A stretch of DNA of 64,000 nucleotides from a bacterium (GCA_963555815.3 CAUVWX020000002.1:384001-448000); one strand, 5' to 3'; positions 9,311 through 19,651 are shown, numbered from the stretch's first letter. Notes: generated by a model from the letters alone, not told the origin. Translations and numbers: made by a program.

Positions 9311-9381
9311 CGGCAAGCTTTTTAGAGAGTCAGCCGAGTGAGCGCGCCTCCCGCCTCGAAAAAAGAGTGAAGGAAGAACCG

Positions 9382-10218
9382 GTGTCAGACAGGGGTTATG
9401 CAAATCCCCATCTCCTCTGGTCTCCAGAAGAGCTCAACGCCCGTCTCGGGGACCCGAAGCTTTCTGTTCTTGACGTCCGCCTAACAGCCGACTACGTCCG
9501 AGGCCATGTGCCAGGCGCGGGACATCTGGACCTGTACGGGATTAGCCTCTGTGACACCCGCCCGGAGCCCCTGCAGGCTTTCTGCTGGATGGTGGCCTAC
9601 ATGATGGGAAACCGCGGGGTGGACTCTGAAAAGGCAGTGGTCTTCTACCAGGAGAACTCGGGCTGGCGAGCGGCGCGGGGCTTCTGGTTCCTGGAATATT
9701 TTGGGCACGAAGACGTGCACATCCTGGACGGGGGCTTTGACGCGTGGCGCGGTGCAGGATTTCCGGTCAGCCAGGAGCCCGTCGATGTGTCCCGGACGAG
9801 CTTTGAGACGAGAACGATTCCATCCAAGGTTGCCACGGCAAAAGACATCCTCGACCGTCTGGACAACGAGAACGTGAAGATCCTGGACACCCGAAGCGAC
9901 GACGAGTACACGGGAAAACTCGTTCGCGCGGCCCGAGGAGGGGCCATCCCCCACGCCGTTCACCTCGAGTGGACGAACAATCTCGATTCCAGCGGCCGCT
10001 ATAAGCCCGCATCCGAACTAAGGGCCATGTATGAGGAACAGGGCATCACCCCCGACAAGGAAATCATCCCTTACTGTCAGGGGGGATACCGATCCGCACA
10101 CACCTATCTCGCCTTGAGACTTCTTGGCTACCCCCGCCTGCGAAACTATGTAGGGTCCTGGAAAGAATGGGGGGACAGGGTGGACTTGCCTATTGAAAAA
10201 CATACAAGCCATATATAA
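9382..10218 (+). CDS. Tandem-rhodanese sulfurtransferase
   Basis: GHVPGA, LDGGFDAW, active site CQGGYRS, YVGSWKEW; probable GTG start. Confidence 0.92.
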   Translation: MSDRGYANPHLLWSPEELNARLGDPKLSVLDVRLTADYVRGHVPGAGHLDLYGISLCDTRPEPLQAFCWMVAYMMGNRGVDSEKAVVFYQENSGWRAARGFWFLEYFGHEDVHILDGGFDAWRGAGFPVSQEPVDVSRTSFETRTIPSKVATAKDILDRLDNENVKILDTRSDDEYTGKLVRAARGGAIPHAVHLEWTNNLDSSGRYKPASELRAMYEEQGITPDKEIIPYCQGGYRSAHTYLALRLLGYPRLRNYVGSWKEWGDRVDLPIEKHTSHI

Positions 10219-10348
10219 ACAATAAAATGTGTATTCATATTGAATGTAACACATGATGTATTATTTTACGCTTGATTACGGTGGTGTGGGAGTCCTGAGG
10301 CTCTAGTTCGCACAAAAATTGGTCTGTTTTGACGGGACCAAGAGCCCA

Positions 10349-10819
10349 TTAATTCGACATGGCCCTGAGCTTGGCGATCTGAATGAGGGCAGGTTTGTAG
10401 TTGGGTTCAATCTCGATGGCCTTCTCGAATTCCTTCATGGCCTCGGTGTATTTCTTTTGGCGAAGATGGAGCCGGCCCAGGTTTAAATGGGGATAGTGAT
10501 AGCACTCGTAACGCCTGGCCTTCATGGCCTTCTGAAGCCAGGGGATGGCCTCCTCATACATCTCCTTCTCGATATAGTAGGCCCCGATGTCATTGTAGGG
10601 GTTCCCGAAATCGGGATCCATCTCGATGGCCTTGAGACACTCCTCGATGGCCTGGTCTAAATCCCCCTCGTGGCTGTAGGCCCAACCTAAGAAGGTGTGG
10701 GCCTCGGCGGTGGGCTGGACCTCGATAGACCGTTTGTATATCTCGATGGCCTTCTCGAGGTCCCCTTTGCGGTGAAACTCCCAAGCCCGCTGAAAGAGTT
10801 CCTCAGCACCCTCTCCCAT
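10349..10819 (-). CDS. Tetratricopeptide repeat protein
   Basis: About 4 TPR repeats (AHTFLGWAY, PYNDIGAYY, PHLNLGRL). Confidence 0.9.
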   Translation of the reverse strand: MGEGAEELFQRAWEFHRKGDLEKAIEIYKRSIEVQPTAEAHTFLGWAYSHEGDLDQAIEECLKAIEMDPDFGNPYNDIGAYYIEKEMYEEAIPWLQKAMKARRYECYHYPHLNLGRLHLRQKKYTEAMKEFEKAIEIEPNYKPALIQIAKLRAMSN

Positions 10820-10934
10820 GACCGATTCAGCCTCCTGTCTCCCCTACCCTGCCGAAACCCCGAGCACCAACCTTAAATTCATTATGCCTCAGATCCGCCA
10901 CGAGACAACCCCCATCAAATGAGGAAACCCATTT

Positions 10935-11948
10935 CTAGTCGTGGTAGGGAATGGGGGTTAGCAGGTCCTCGTTGTGGCGCATGTCCTCTTCAAGGCGCTT
11001 TCCCAGGGCCCGGGTCACGGGGCCCGGGCGCCCCTCCCCAATGGGCTGGCCATCGTACATGACGATGGGAACCACCTTGAGGCTCGTGCCGAGGAACATC
11101 ATCTCAGCCGCCCGATAGGCCTCCTCCCGCAACACCTCCGACTGCTCCACCCCCGTCAGAACACCCTCCCGTTGGAGCCTCCGGGCAAGGTCCAGGACTC
11201 GAAGGAGCGTTGTCCCCCTGAGGGCTCGCCGAAAAGGAGGTGCCCTGAACACTTGGTCCCGGGTCACAATGGCTACGTTCTTGTTTGAGCCTTCAGCCAG
11301 GTATCCCTCTTCGTCCACCCAGAGGGCGCTGTCAGCCTCGGCCTGAATTGCTTCAAGTTCAAGCAGGGCGTTGGGCTGATAGTTGCACCCCTTCATCTCG
11401 GCGAAAGCCGGATCCCGCAGGGGGACACGGCTTGTGATGACCTTCATCCCGTGGAGATAGAAGGAGGCGGGGACGGGCTCGGGCGCGGTGACGATAATGT
11501 AGATGTGGCGCTGGGAGCATTCTCCCGGACTGACTGAGAATCCTCCGGTGCCCCGAGAGAGAAAGATGCGAAGCACCGCCTCCCGGGCCCGGGCCACCGC
11601 CGACGTCTCCAGGAGGAGAAAACGGACCTCGGCATCCGTCACCGGGAATGGGAGCCCCGCCAATTCCGCCGATCGTTTCAGGCGGGCCAGATGGGCGTCG
11701 AGCTGATACACCTTCCCCCCCACGATGGCGAGGGCCTCAAACACCCCATCCCCTCGATGCACCAGGTGGTCGTCCAGGGGGATAGTCATCAGGCGGGGGT
11801 CAGTCACCACCCCCCCCAAGACGCTCGAATACATGGCGAAATATCGGTCCCGGCGGGGGTCCTCCGGGGGAAGGGTCCCGCCAAGAAGGTCACTCGCCTT
11901 GAGATGGGGGATCTTTGGGGGTGGGGGCACGTTAGGTTCAGTCTCCAA
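10935..11948 (-). CDS. Class IV PLP aminotransferase (D-amino acid transaminase/ADC lyase-like)
   Basis: DHLVHRGDGVFEA, HLARLKRSA, catalytic K in MKGCNY, AEGSNKN, LRGTT. Confidence 0.9.
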   Translation of the reverse strand: METEPNVPPPPKIPHLKASDLLGGTLPPEDPRRDRYFAMYSSVLGGVVTDPRLMTIPLDDHLVHRGDGVFEALAIVGGKVYQLDAHLARLKRSAELAGLPFPVTDAEVRFLLLETSAVARAREAVLRIFLSRGTGGFSVSPGECSQRHIYIIVTAPEPVPASFYLHGMKVITSRVPLRDPAFAEMKGCNYQPNALLELEAIQAEADSALWVDEEGYLAEGSNKNVAIVTRDQVFRAPPFRRALRGTTLLRVLDLARRLQREGVLTGVEQSEVLREEAYRAAEMMFLGTSLKVVPIVMYDGQPIGEGRPGPVTRALGKRLEEDMRHNEDLLTPIPYHD

Positions 11949-12002
11949 GAGAGGGTTCCACGCGCTCTTTCTGGCCAGGGGAAAGTCCGGCGGGGTTTTC
12001 TC

Positions 12003-13394
12003 TCAAGCGCGCCAGAGGAAGAAGATGACGGCGGCGAAGACGAGACTAAAAAGGGCCAGCTCGAATCTCCTCTCGCTGAAGGCGGACGAGAACTTTGCCT
12101 GAAAATAAGCCAGCGTCCCGGTGTGGGCCCGCTCCAGGCTGGCCCGTTCGCGCTCTGCCCTTTGGGTGTACAGCCTCACCTGGGCAGGGTCCAGGTTGGG
12201 AGGATTTTCTTCGAAGAGCTCGATGGCCAATCCGTAATGGCGCACACCCTCCTGCCAGGCCCCTTCCAGAGTGCGATAGACATTCGCCAGCTCGTAATGA
12301 ATGAGGGGGTCTTCCGGAGTCCAATGGATGGCCCTGAGGTACGCCTCCGCCCCCTCCTGGGATCGTCCCTCCTGGATGGCCCGCTCGGCGGCGCTCACCT
12401 GCCTCACGGCCTCCCGCCTTCGGTAGGCAGGATGTTTAGCGTCCACCTGGACGAAGCCCGCTTCAACGGCCTCAGCCCACTCTCTCCTCTGTGCGATCGA
12501 ACCCTCCGATGTGCGGGCGGCCAGCAACTCACTCGCTCGCTGGTAAGCCTGCAGGGCCTGGGACTCTCGCCCTCTCATCCTCTCGTAAGTCTTTCCGACC
12601 CGGATATGCAGGGAGACGTTCTCGGGCAACCACCGCAGGGCCGTCAGGTATCCCTCTAAAGCCACATTGTATTTCTCGCCCCCAAAATTGAAATCCGCGC
12701 CGTCCTGATAGAGGTTGGCCAGGGCCCGTCTCGGTCCTTCGAAGTCGGGGTCCAGGGAGACGGCGCGCCGCCAGGACTCCTCAGCCTCTTGATTTTTTTC
12801 CTCGCTGAGGAGACGGCGACCACGGTGGAGCAGATAGGTGGCCCACTTCCGACGGGCCTCCGGATCTTCGGGAGAACGCTCCAGGACTCGCCGCGCCTCC
12901 CTCCCCTCAAAAAAGGCCTGAAGGGAGTCTCCCTCCCCCCCTGCCCGGGAGAAGGTGAAGGGTCGAAACGCAGCCCAGGCCTCCAGAATCTCCATCGCGC
13001 GAGGTTCCTCCGGGTCGAACTCCAGGACAGCCTGGTAGAGCCGAATCGCTCGCTGATAATCCCCCTCGGCGATAGCCACATCGGTAAATGCCAGGAGGAC
13101 AACGGGGAGCTCAGGGGAGCGGCTGATGAGACTTTCCAGGACATATCGCGCCTCAGAAAATCTCTTCGCCTCGAGAAGGGCGAGGGCCAACTGTCGGCCG
13201 ATCTCGGTCTCTTCGGGGCAAAGAGAAAACGCCCTCTCCAAGAGGGACGTCCTCAAGGAGGCCTCTGTCGCATTCTCTGCCTGCGTGAGATGGTCCGCCG
13301 CAGTCTCACAATCCGTCCCGCTGGCCACTGACGAAAGCAAAAGGGTGAGCAGGAAAGGAATGAGCGTGGCGGACATCCAGCGGGAGGGCTTCAT
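12003..13394 (-). CDS. Periplasmic TPR protein with C-terminal membrane anchor
   Basis: N-terminal signal peptide, multiple TPR-like repeats, hydrophobic C-terminus. Confidence 0.75.
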   Translation of the reverse strand: MKPSRWMSATLIPFLLTLLLSSVASGTDCETAADHLTQAENATEASLRTSLLERAFSLCPEETEIGRQLALALLEAKRFSEARYVLESLISRSPELPVVLLAFTDVAIAEGDYQRAIRLYQAVLEFDPEEPRAMEILEAWAAFRPFTFSRAGGEGDSLQAFFEGREARRVLERSPEDPEARRKWATYLLHRGRRLLSEEKNQEAEESWRRAVSLDPDFEGPRRALANLYQDGADFNFGGEKYNVALEGYLTALRWLPENVSLHIRVGKTYERMRGRESQALQAYQRASELLAARTSEGSIAQRREWAEAVEAGFVQVDAKHPAYRRREAVRQVSAAERAIQEGRSQEGAEAYLRAIHWTPEDPLIHYELANVYRTLEGAWQEGVRHYGLAIELFEENPPNLDPAQVRLYTQRAERERASLERAHTGTLAYFQAKFSSAFSERRFELALFSLVFAAVIFFLWRA

Positions 13395-13395
13395 C

Positions 13396-14115
13396 TCAGT
13401 CGTAAAGGCGACGCAAAATGTTGAATCGGACCTTCAAGAGACCCAGGAAAGAGCGCAGGGCATCTCGAAGGAGGTGAACCCGGCTTCCCCCGGCGTTGGA
13501 CCATTGTACTGGGACCTCTTTGACCTTGATGCCTCGCCGGCTGGCGATGCAGAGAATCTCGGCGTCGAAACTCCAATCGTCGAGGGTCTGGCGAGAGAAG
13601 ATCTCCCTGGCCGCCTCTCGACTAAACGTCTTGAACCCGCACGTGAAATCGCTCACAGAGGTCCCGGTGAAACCCCGGGAGAGAGAGGTGAACACCCGGC
13701 CCATCCACTCGCGCAGGAAGGGCTGATGTCGTTCGATCCGGGCGCCCGCTGTACGGCGAGTCCCTATGACTACCGAAAAACCTTTCTCGAACCACTCCCT
13801 CATCTGATCCCACTCCTCAACGGGAGTCGAGAGGTCTGCGTCCATAAAGAGGACAATATCTCCCCGAGCGGCCAGCACCCCCTGCTTGACCACATAACCC
13901 TTTCCCCGGTTGTAACCGTTGGACAGGAGTTGCAGGTCCCTTCGGTCTCCCATACAGCCTCGGACAAGCTCCGCAGTTCCATCCGTGCTCCCGTCATTCA
14001 CGACGAGGATCTCGTATTTCAGTCCTCTGGCGGAGGCAAAGCCCCTCACCCGGGTCAGACACCGGGCAAGCGATCTTTCTTCATTGTAGGCGGGGATCAC
14101 AATGGAAAGATCCAT
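13396..14115 (-). CDS. GT2 polyprenyl-phosphate glycosyltransferase (dolichyl-P beta-glucosyltransferase-like)
   Basis: SIVIPAYNEE, NDGSTD, NRGKG, FMDADL, DFTCGFK. Confidence 0.9.
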   Translation of the reverse strand: MDLSIVIPAYNEERSLARCLTRVRGFASARGLKYEILVVNDGSTDGTAELVRGCMGDRRDLQLLSNGYNRGKGYVVKQGVLAARGDIVLFMDADLSTPVEEWDQMREWFEKGFSVVIGTRRTAGARIERHQPFLREWMGRVFTSLSRGFTGTSVSDFTCGFKTFSREAAREIFSRQTLDDWSFDAEILCIASRRGIKVKEVPVQWSNAGGSRVHLLRDALRSFLGLLKVRFNILRRLYD

Positions 14116-14180
14116 CTTTCTCCTCTTCTAGGCCAACAGAAAACACCTGTGGAGAATTTTCCACATCATGAAGGGGAAAT

Positions 14181-15011
14181 TCAACTATCTCCATCATCCA
14201 GGGCATTGGCGGCAATCGAGGATGAAGTGCCCTTCAGGTCCCCCTGAAAACGTTCTTGATACCACCCCACCTGACGGAAAAGCCCCCGAAGGACCCGAAC
14301 GTCGCGGGAATTCAAATTCGCTCGGCCCAGAAGCCGCCTGAGGTAATTCATCATCCGCGCTGGGTTTCTAGGGTCTAGGAACCCAATTTCAAGGAGCACG
14401 CTCTGGATGTGGCCGTAGAGCCCCTCCAGCTCCTGGGCACTGGCCAAAGGGGGTGGGGAGGGAAGCGGCTGGGCTTGGAGGGCCTGAAAAACCTCGTAGC
14501 AGAGGATGAGGACTGCCATGGCCAGGTTGAGGGAGGGGAAGGCCGAGTGAGCGGGGATGAGGACCAGCTCGTGGCAGGACTGAAGATGTTCATTGGAAAG
14601 CCCTACGTTCTCGGACCCAAAGACCAGGGCCACGGGGTAGCGCTGGGCCACCTCCAGGATGCGGGGAGCCGCGTCGCGGGGCGTGAAGGTCGGCTGGCGC
14701 ATCTTCCCCCTTCGCCGGGTCGCCCCCATGACAAGGGCACAGTCCGCGACCGCTTCAGGGAGGCTGTCATGCCGCCGAGCCTCGTAGAGGACGTCCTTGG
14801 CATACATGGCCATCTTTCTGGCATCAGCATTAAGGGAGTCCGCCCCAAGGACGAGACGAAGGTCTTCGAGACCCATGTTCTTCATCGCCCGGGCCGATGC
14901 CCCGATGTTGCCGGAGATCTGGGGCTTCACGAGGACGACTCGGACCTGGCGGAGGATCTCGGCGCTAGACACCTTGGGAAGTCTCTCGTTGTCTTCAGGG
15001 CGGTTTTCCAT
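14181..15011 (-). CDS. trmJ: TrmJ/TrmH family SPOUT tRNA methyltransferase
   Basis: GNIGASARAMKNMG, LVFGSENVGLSN, SLNLAMAV. Confidence 0.88.
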   Translation of the reverse strand: MENRPEDNERLPKVSSAEILRQVRVVLVKPQISGNIGASARAMKNMGLEDLRLVLGADSLNADARKMAMYAKDVLYEARRHDSLPEAVADCALVMGATRRRGKMRQPTFTPRDAAPRILEVAQRYPVALVFGSENVGLSNEHLQSCHELVLIPAHSAFPSLNLAMAVLILCYEVFQALQAQPLPSPPPLASAQELEGLYGHIQSVLLEIGFLDPRNPARMMNYLRRLLGRANLNSRDVRVLRGLFRQVGWYQERFQGDLKGTSSSIAANALDDGDS

Positions 15012-15115
15012 CTCTCCCGAACTCTCCTCTTTCGGCACATTATAGGAACCCTTGAGGCCCCTCACAAGAAAGCCAGGGGCGTGGTGTAGAATGGGCCCTC
15101 GGGAGGAGAGTCCAG

Positions 15116-16276
15116 ATGCCCCTATCCAGACGGGTTCAGGGTTTCACCGAGTCTGTCATCCGCGGTATAACGCGGGAGTGCATGAAATATGGGGGAATCA
15201 ACCTTGCCCAGGGCTACCCCGACTTTGACGCCCCTGAAGAGATAAAGGGGGCCGCTCTTCGGGCCATCCAAGAGGGTCATAACCAATACGCCATCACCTG
15301 GGGAACCCCCTCCATTCGAAAGGCCATTAGCCACAAGGTCAAAGTCTACCAGGGATTGGAGATAGACCCCGAGGAGGAGGTCACGGTCGTCTGCGGGGCA
15401 ACGGAGGGGATGATGGCCACCCTGATGGCCCTCTTGAACCCCGGTGAGGAGGTAATCATCTTCGAGCCCTTCTATGAAAACTATGGCCCCGACTGCATCC
15501 TCTCGGGCTCGGTCCCACGCTATGTCCCCCTGAGGCCCCCCGCTTTCACCTTTGCCCCCGAGGAACTTCGAGCAGCGTTTACGCCAAAGACCCGGGCCAT
15601 CATCGTCAATACCCCCCACAACCCCACCGGCCATGTCTTCGACCAGAAAGAAATGGAGACCATCGCAAGCCTCTGCTTGGAGTTTGACGTGACGGCCGTG
15701 ACGGACGAGGTCTATGAACACATCCTCTTCGACGGCCACCGCCACCTAAGTCTCTCCACGCTCCCTGGGATGCGGGAGCGGACGGTCACCATCACAAGCC
15801 TCTCGAAGACTTACAGCGTGACAGGCTGGCGGGTAGGCTACGTCCTGGCGCCCCCTGCCATCACCTCAGGGATCCGCAAAACTCACGACTTCCTCACTGT
15901 GGGAGCCCCCGCTCCCCTTCAGGAGGCCGCCGCAGCCGCCCTCGCCTTCCCTGACACCTACTACCAAAAGCTTCGGACAATGTATGAACACAAAAGAGGT
16001 CTTCTCGCGGGCTATCTAGAGGAGGCAGAGATCCACTTTTACATGCCCCAGGGGGCTTACTACATCCTGGCCGACATCTCAGGCTTTGGTTTCCCCGACG
16101 ACACGGCCTTCGCGATGCATCTTGTCCGGGAACACGGTGTCGCCACGGTCCCGGGGAGCAGTTTCTACCACGCCGCCCCGCTCGGTCGGGAGTTTGTCCG
16201 CTTCACCTTTTCCAAGAAGGACGAGACTTTAGCAGCGGCGGGCAAGAATCTTAAAAACCTGAAAGCTGCGACCTGA
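15116..16276 (+). CDS. Class I/II PLP aminotransferase
   Basis: INLAQGYPDF, NTPHNPTG, DEVYEH, SLSKTYSVTGWRVG. Confidence 0.93.
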   Translation: MPLSRRVQGFTESVIRGITRECMKYGGINLAQGYPDFDAPEEIKGAALRAIQEGHNQYAITWGTPSIRKAISHKVKVYQGLEIDPEEEVTVVCGATEGMMATLMALLNPGEEVIIFEPFYENYGPDCILSGSVPRYVPLRPPAFTFAPEELRAAFTPKTRAIIVNTPHNPTGHVFDQKEMETIASLCLEFDVTAVTDEVYEHILFDGHRHLSLSTLPGMRERTVTITSLSKTYSVTGWRVGYVLAPPAITSGIRKTHDFLTVGAPAPLQEAAAAALAFPDTYYQKLRTMYEHKRGLLAGYLEEAEIHFYMPQGAYYILADISGFGFPDDTAFAMHLVREHGVATVPGSSFYHAAPLGREFVRFTFSKKDETLAAAGKNLKNLKAAT

Positions 16277-16284
16277 GGCCTTTC

Positions 16285-16941
16285 TTAAATTCCATACCTA
16301 AAAAGATACAAAACAATTTTGATGTACTCGTTCACCACGAAGACGAGCTCTCGTTCTCGCGTCCACCAGCGGTCCAGGAGATAACCCTCCTCCTCCAGGG
16401 GCACAGAGGCAATGGAGATCTGGACGGGGGAACCTCGAAACACCCGCTTAAAGGTAAAAGCCGCGCGGCGGGAGTGGAAGGCGCTGGTCAGGATGACGGC
16501 AGAACGAAAATCGTGTCTCTCGAGCACCTCCCGAGAGACCAAGGCATCCTCTTGGGTGCTGGTCACTCCATCCTGAAGGATGAGGTCCTCAGGGCGAATG
16601 CCGAGAGAGACCGCGTTCGCCTTTACCGCCTCCGGAATGCTCATGCCCAGGAAATCCAGTCGATCCTGTAGATCAAAGGGCAAAAAAAGCTTTTTCGCCC
16701 TGCCCTCCCGATAGAGCTCAATGCCGCGCCCCACCCGAAGACTCCCGCCGCTTAAAGCGACCACCACGTCGGCCCGGCCGATGGGCTCGTCAACGATGAG
16801 GAATTTCGCCGCCGCCCGTAGCCACAAGGGGTGGGTCAGGATCAGGACTAGGAGAAAACCAAGGATGGAAAAAACCCACCACCGACCCCGTCTCGAAGAA
16901 CCCCTTTTGGTCCCGACTCCCGAAGGGGTGCTCTTTTCCAC
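16285..16941 (-). CDS. YdcF/ElyC (DUF218) family protein
   Basis: N-terminal TM, ADVVVALSGG, TSTQEDA, LTSAFHSRRA, NEYIK; start approximate. Confidence 0.85.
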   Translation of the reverse strand: MEKSTPSGVGTKRGSSRRGRWWVFSILGFLLVLILTHPLWLRAAAKFLIVDEPIGRADVVVALSGGSLRVGRGIELYREGRAKKLFLPFDLQDRLDFLGMSIPEAVKANAVSLGIRPEDLILQDGVTSTQEDALVSREVLERHDFRSAVILTSAFHSRRAAFTFKRVFRGSPVQISIASVPLEEEGYLLDRWWTRERELVFVVNEYIKIVLYLFRYGI

Positions 16942-17123
16942 GATCTCGGGACCTCCAAAAGATTCAACACAGCCGGGTCTAGGCGTCACGCCTCCCCTGC
17001 GCGCGGGCGGCCGAAGCCCCCCCACCTAATAAAACGCATGAATATTATGCCGCAACCAGTTGAATTCGCTTATATAGTTATGAAACATTTTCAGATCTAT
17101 CGGCCCCTTTATCCTGGCTCAAC

Positions 17124-17528
17124 CTATGAGGTTTCCCCCTTCGGCCGGGCCATCGGGAGGTTGTCGAGGAACTCCTGTAGGCCTGGAGGGGAAGAGGCCT
17201 CAAAGGGGATGAGGAGGCGTTCGACCACCTCTCCCCCCACAATGTGGCGCTCCACAATCTCCTTTACATCTTGCGGGCTTCCCACCCAATACCACACGGC
17301 ATCGGGATAGACCACCACGGTGGGGCCATATTCGCAGGCGTCAAGACACCCTGCGCGGTTTGCCCGGACCTCTCCGACAAGACCATGGCGCTTGATCTCG
17401 GCCTTAAAGAGCTCCCGCAAGGGGCCGGCCCCGCGCTCCATACAGCAACCCTTGGGATTCCCCGGCTCCCTCTCGTTTTCACAGATAAAGATGTGGCGTT
17501 TGAATGGAGGCAAAGCCCCTCCCCTCAT
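17124..17528 (-). CDS. Thioredoxin-like [2Fe-2S] ferredoxin
   Basis: HIFICEN...GCC...AGCLDACEYGPTVVVYPDAVWY. Confidence 0.9.
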   Translation of the reverse strand: MRGGALPPFKRHIFICENEREPGNPKGCCMERGAGPLRELFKAEIKRHGLVGEVRANRAGCLDACEYGPTVVVYPDAVWYWVGSPQDVKEIVERHIVGGEVVERLLIPFEASSPPGLQEFLDNLPMARPKGETS

Positions 17529-17694
17529 GTCCCAACCGGGTACACCCCGGTTGGGACCGGAAACGCATAAATTATAGCATAGGGGGTAACGACCAGACGG
17601 TCTAAAGGTAATTGATCTGTAGAGGTTTAATCAGAAAACCAGCTCTTCTCTCAAGGGCCCGGCGGTTGGCAAAAACCCTCGGGGCTCCTCCTCA

Positions 17695-17862
17695 TTACTC
17701 CTCGACAAGAGGCTCAAAATCTTCTTTACTGGCCCCGCACACAGGGCAGTTCCAGTCGTCCGGGATATCCTCAAAGGACGTCCCTGGGGCGATACCGCTG
17801 TCCGTATCCCCCTCCTCAGGATTATAGGTGAAGCCGCACACACTGCACTGCCATTTCCCCAT
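17695..17862 (-). CDS. Rubredoxin, 55 aa (not in the ORF track)
   Basis: Translated by hand: [55 protein letters not shown]; two CxxCG motifs. Confidence 0.97.
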   Translation of the reverse strand: MGKWQCSVCGFTYNPEEGDTDSGIAPGTSFEDIPDDWNCPVCGASKEDFEPLVEE

Positions 17863-17928
17863 CCCGCTCTCCTTTCAGATCCAGTGAACTCGCCCAGATG
17901 GGCTTGCCGCTTTCCGGGCAGCGAGTTT

Positions 17929-18409
17929 CTAACACCACTTTCCGGCCTTGTCAATCCCTGCGGCGGCCTTTCGGGGGGGCCGGAACCTAGAGGAGGCCCG
18001 TTGGGGAAAGTGGTCGACGAAGGCCCGAAGGACATCGGTCTCCGTGATGAGTCCCGCCAACTCCCCGTCCTTCTTCACCACGGGCAAACACCCAATCTTC
18101 TTCCTCAGCATCATCCGGGCCGCCGCTTGCACGGAGGTCTTCAGAGTTGCTGTCTGAATCTTTTTGGTCATGACCTCGGAGATATGGACAGATTCGAGGA
18201 AAAGGTTTTGGTCGGCCGCCGAGTGTTTCAGCAAAGTAGTGAGAGAAGCCCGAAGGAGATCCCGCTGGCTCACCACGCCCACAAGTTTGCCCCCCCCTCA
18301 CCACGGGGAGGTGGCGGATATTGCCAAACCCCATGATGTCCTGGGCGAGCTTCAAGGTCTCGTCGAGGCTGATGGAGACAACCCGCTTCGTCATGTAGTC
18401 CCCGACCAA
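17929..18409 (-). CDS. CBS-pair (AcuB-like) protein, frameshifted at G8 (18290-18297)
   Basis: VGDYMT...IRHLPVV in one frame; VGVVSQRDLL...IGCLPVV...GLITETDVL in another; G7 joins them. Confidence 0.85.
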
Positions 18410-18438
18410 AATTTATGCCGTCGCTTTTCGTACCCCCA

Positions 18439-18744
18439 TCAGCCTGTCTCCGTCGTCTCGAAGACCTCGTGGATCTCAAGGACATTCGGTCCCGCGAACA
18501 TCTCGGCTGGAGGGGGATCGGCATGGGCCTTATGGAAGGACTCGCTCTTCGTCCACGCCTCGAAGGACTGAAGGTCTTTCCAATAGGTCTTAACGATGTA
18601 GGGCTGACCCCGGATGGGGCGAAGAACCTCGTTTCGGATGAAGCCCGGGCTTTGGTCAACAAGTCCCGCCCGAATCCGGAAGCGCTCCTCAAAGGACGCT
18701 TCATGACCTTTGGCGATTGAGATACGGTTGGCAACTACGATCAT
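18439..18744 (-). CDS. ABM-family monooxygenase (IsdG/HmoA-like)
   Basis: MIVVANRI...FEERF...PGF...TYW...FEAWTKSESFHKAH. Confidence 0.88.
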   Translation of the reverse strand: MIVVANRISIAKGHEASFEERFRIRAGLVDQSPGFIRNEVLRPIRGQPYIVKTYWKDLQSFEAWTKSESFHKAHADPPPAEMFAGPNVLEIHEVFETTETG

Positions 18745-18868
18745 CTCATCCCCCTCCGGACCCCCCTATCGATCGTCACAGGAAAGAGTCCTCCGTTCAC
18801 CGCTTAACTCGAATCGCGAGATTCTCTCGAATAAGCACCTCTTTATCCCTCTATTTGAACCAGAGATG

Positions 18869-19651
18869 TCAGGGGAATGCCTTCCGAAGACGAGATTCGG
18901 ACTTGGAGACAAAGCGGCTTTCGGGATAATCGGCCAAGAGCTGCTGGTAGGCCTCGACGGCTTTCGCGTAGCTCTCTTCCTTGCGGTAGGCTTCCGCCAA
19001 AAGAAAGAGGGCCGCGTCCGAGACGGAGGTCTCCGGAAATTCCTCCAAAAGCCCTTCCAACCGGGGGATGGCGGAATGGTAGAGCTTCCTCCCGTAATAG
19101 AACTCGCTGATGTAGTACTGGTTCTGGGCAATATTCTCCTCGCAAACATGGATCTTCGGAAGGGCCTCCTGGATCTGAGGCGCCCCTGGAAACTGAGCCT
19201 CCAACTTGCGGAAGTTCGTCAGGGCCTCCCGTGCCAGCGTCTGATCCCGGTCGATGGTGTTGAGGCGTTCAAAATCACTCATCGCGAGAAAGTAGTAGGC
19301 TCGGGCTGTCTGAGGGTTCACCGGGTAGAGCTGCACAAATTTCTCGTATTGGAACTTGGCTTCCTGATACTGCTTGCTGTTATAGAAAGAGTCTGCAAGG
19401 CTCATGAGGGCCTCGCTTCGAAGGTTGCTCTCGGGAAACTCCTGAAGGATTCTGTTGAAGGCCTCCCGGGCTCGCTCAAACTTACGAGCCTTCAGATCGT
19501 CCTGCCCAAGGACGAAGAGCTCGCCCGCCGAGCGCTCCTTCTCTGTCGGCTTGCGGCCAGCACACCCCTCAATCACCACCCCAGTCAAAAGGAGGGTAAT
19601 CAAGAGGAAACCGACTTCCTTGCAGATGGTGCCCCAACGTCTCCCAGACAT
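18869..19651 (-). CDS. bamD: Outer membrane assembly lipoprotein BamD
   Basis: Lipobox IEGC, TPRs, FVQLYP, DRDQT, FP motifs. Confidence 0.88.
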   Translation of the reverse strand: MSGRRWGTICKEVGFLLITLLLTGVVIEGCAGRKPTEKERSAGELFVLGQDDLKARKFERAREAFNRILQEFPESNLRSEALMSLADSFYNSKQYQEAKFQYEKFVQLYPVNPQTARAYYFLAMSDFERLNTIDRDQTLAREALTNFRKLEAQFPGAPQIQEALPKIHVCEENIAQNQYYISEFYYGRKLYHSAIPRLEGLLEEFPETSVSDAALFLLAEAYRKEESYAKAVEAYQQLLADYPESRFVSKSESRLRKAFP

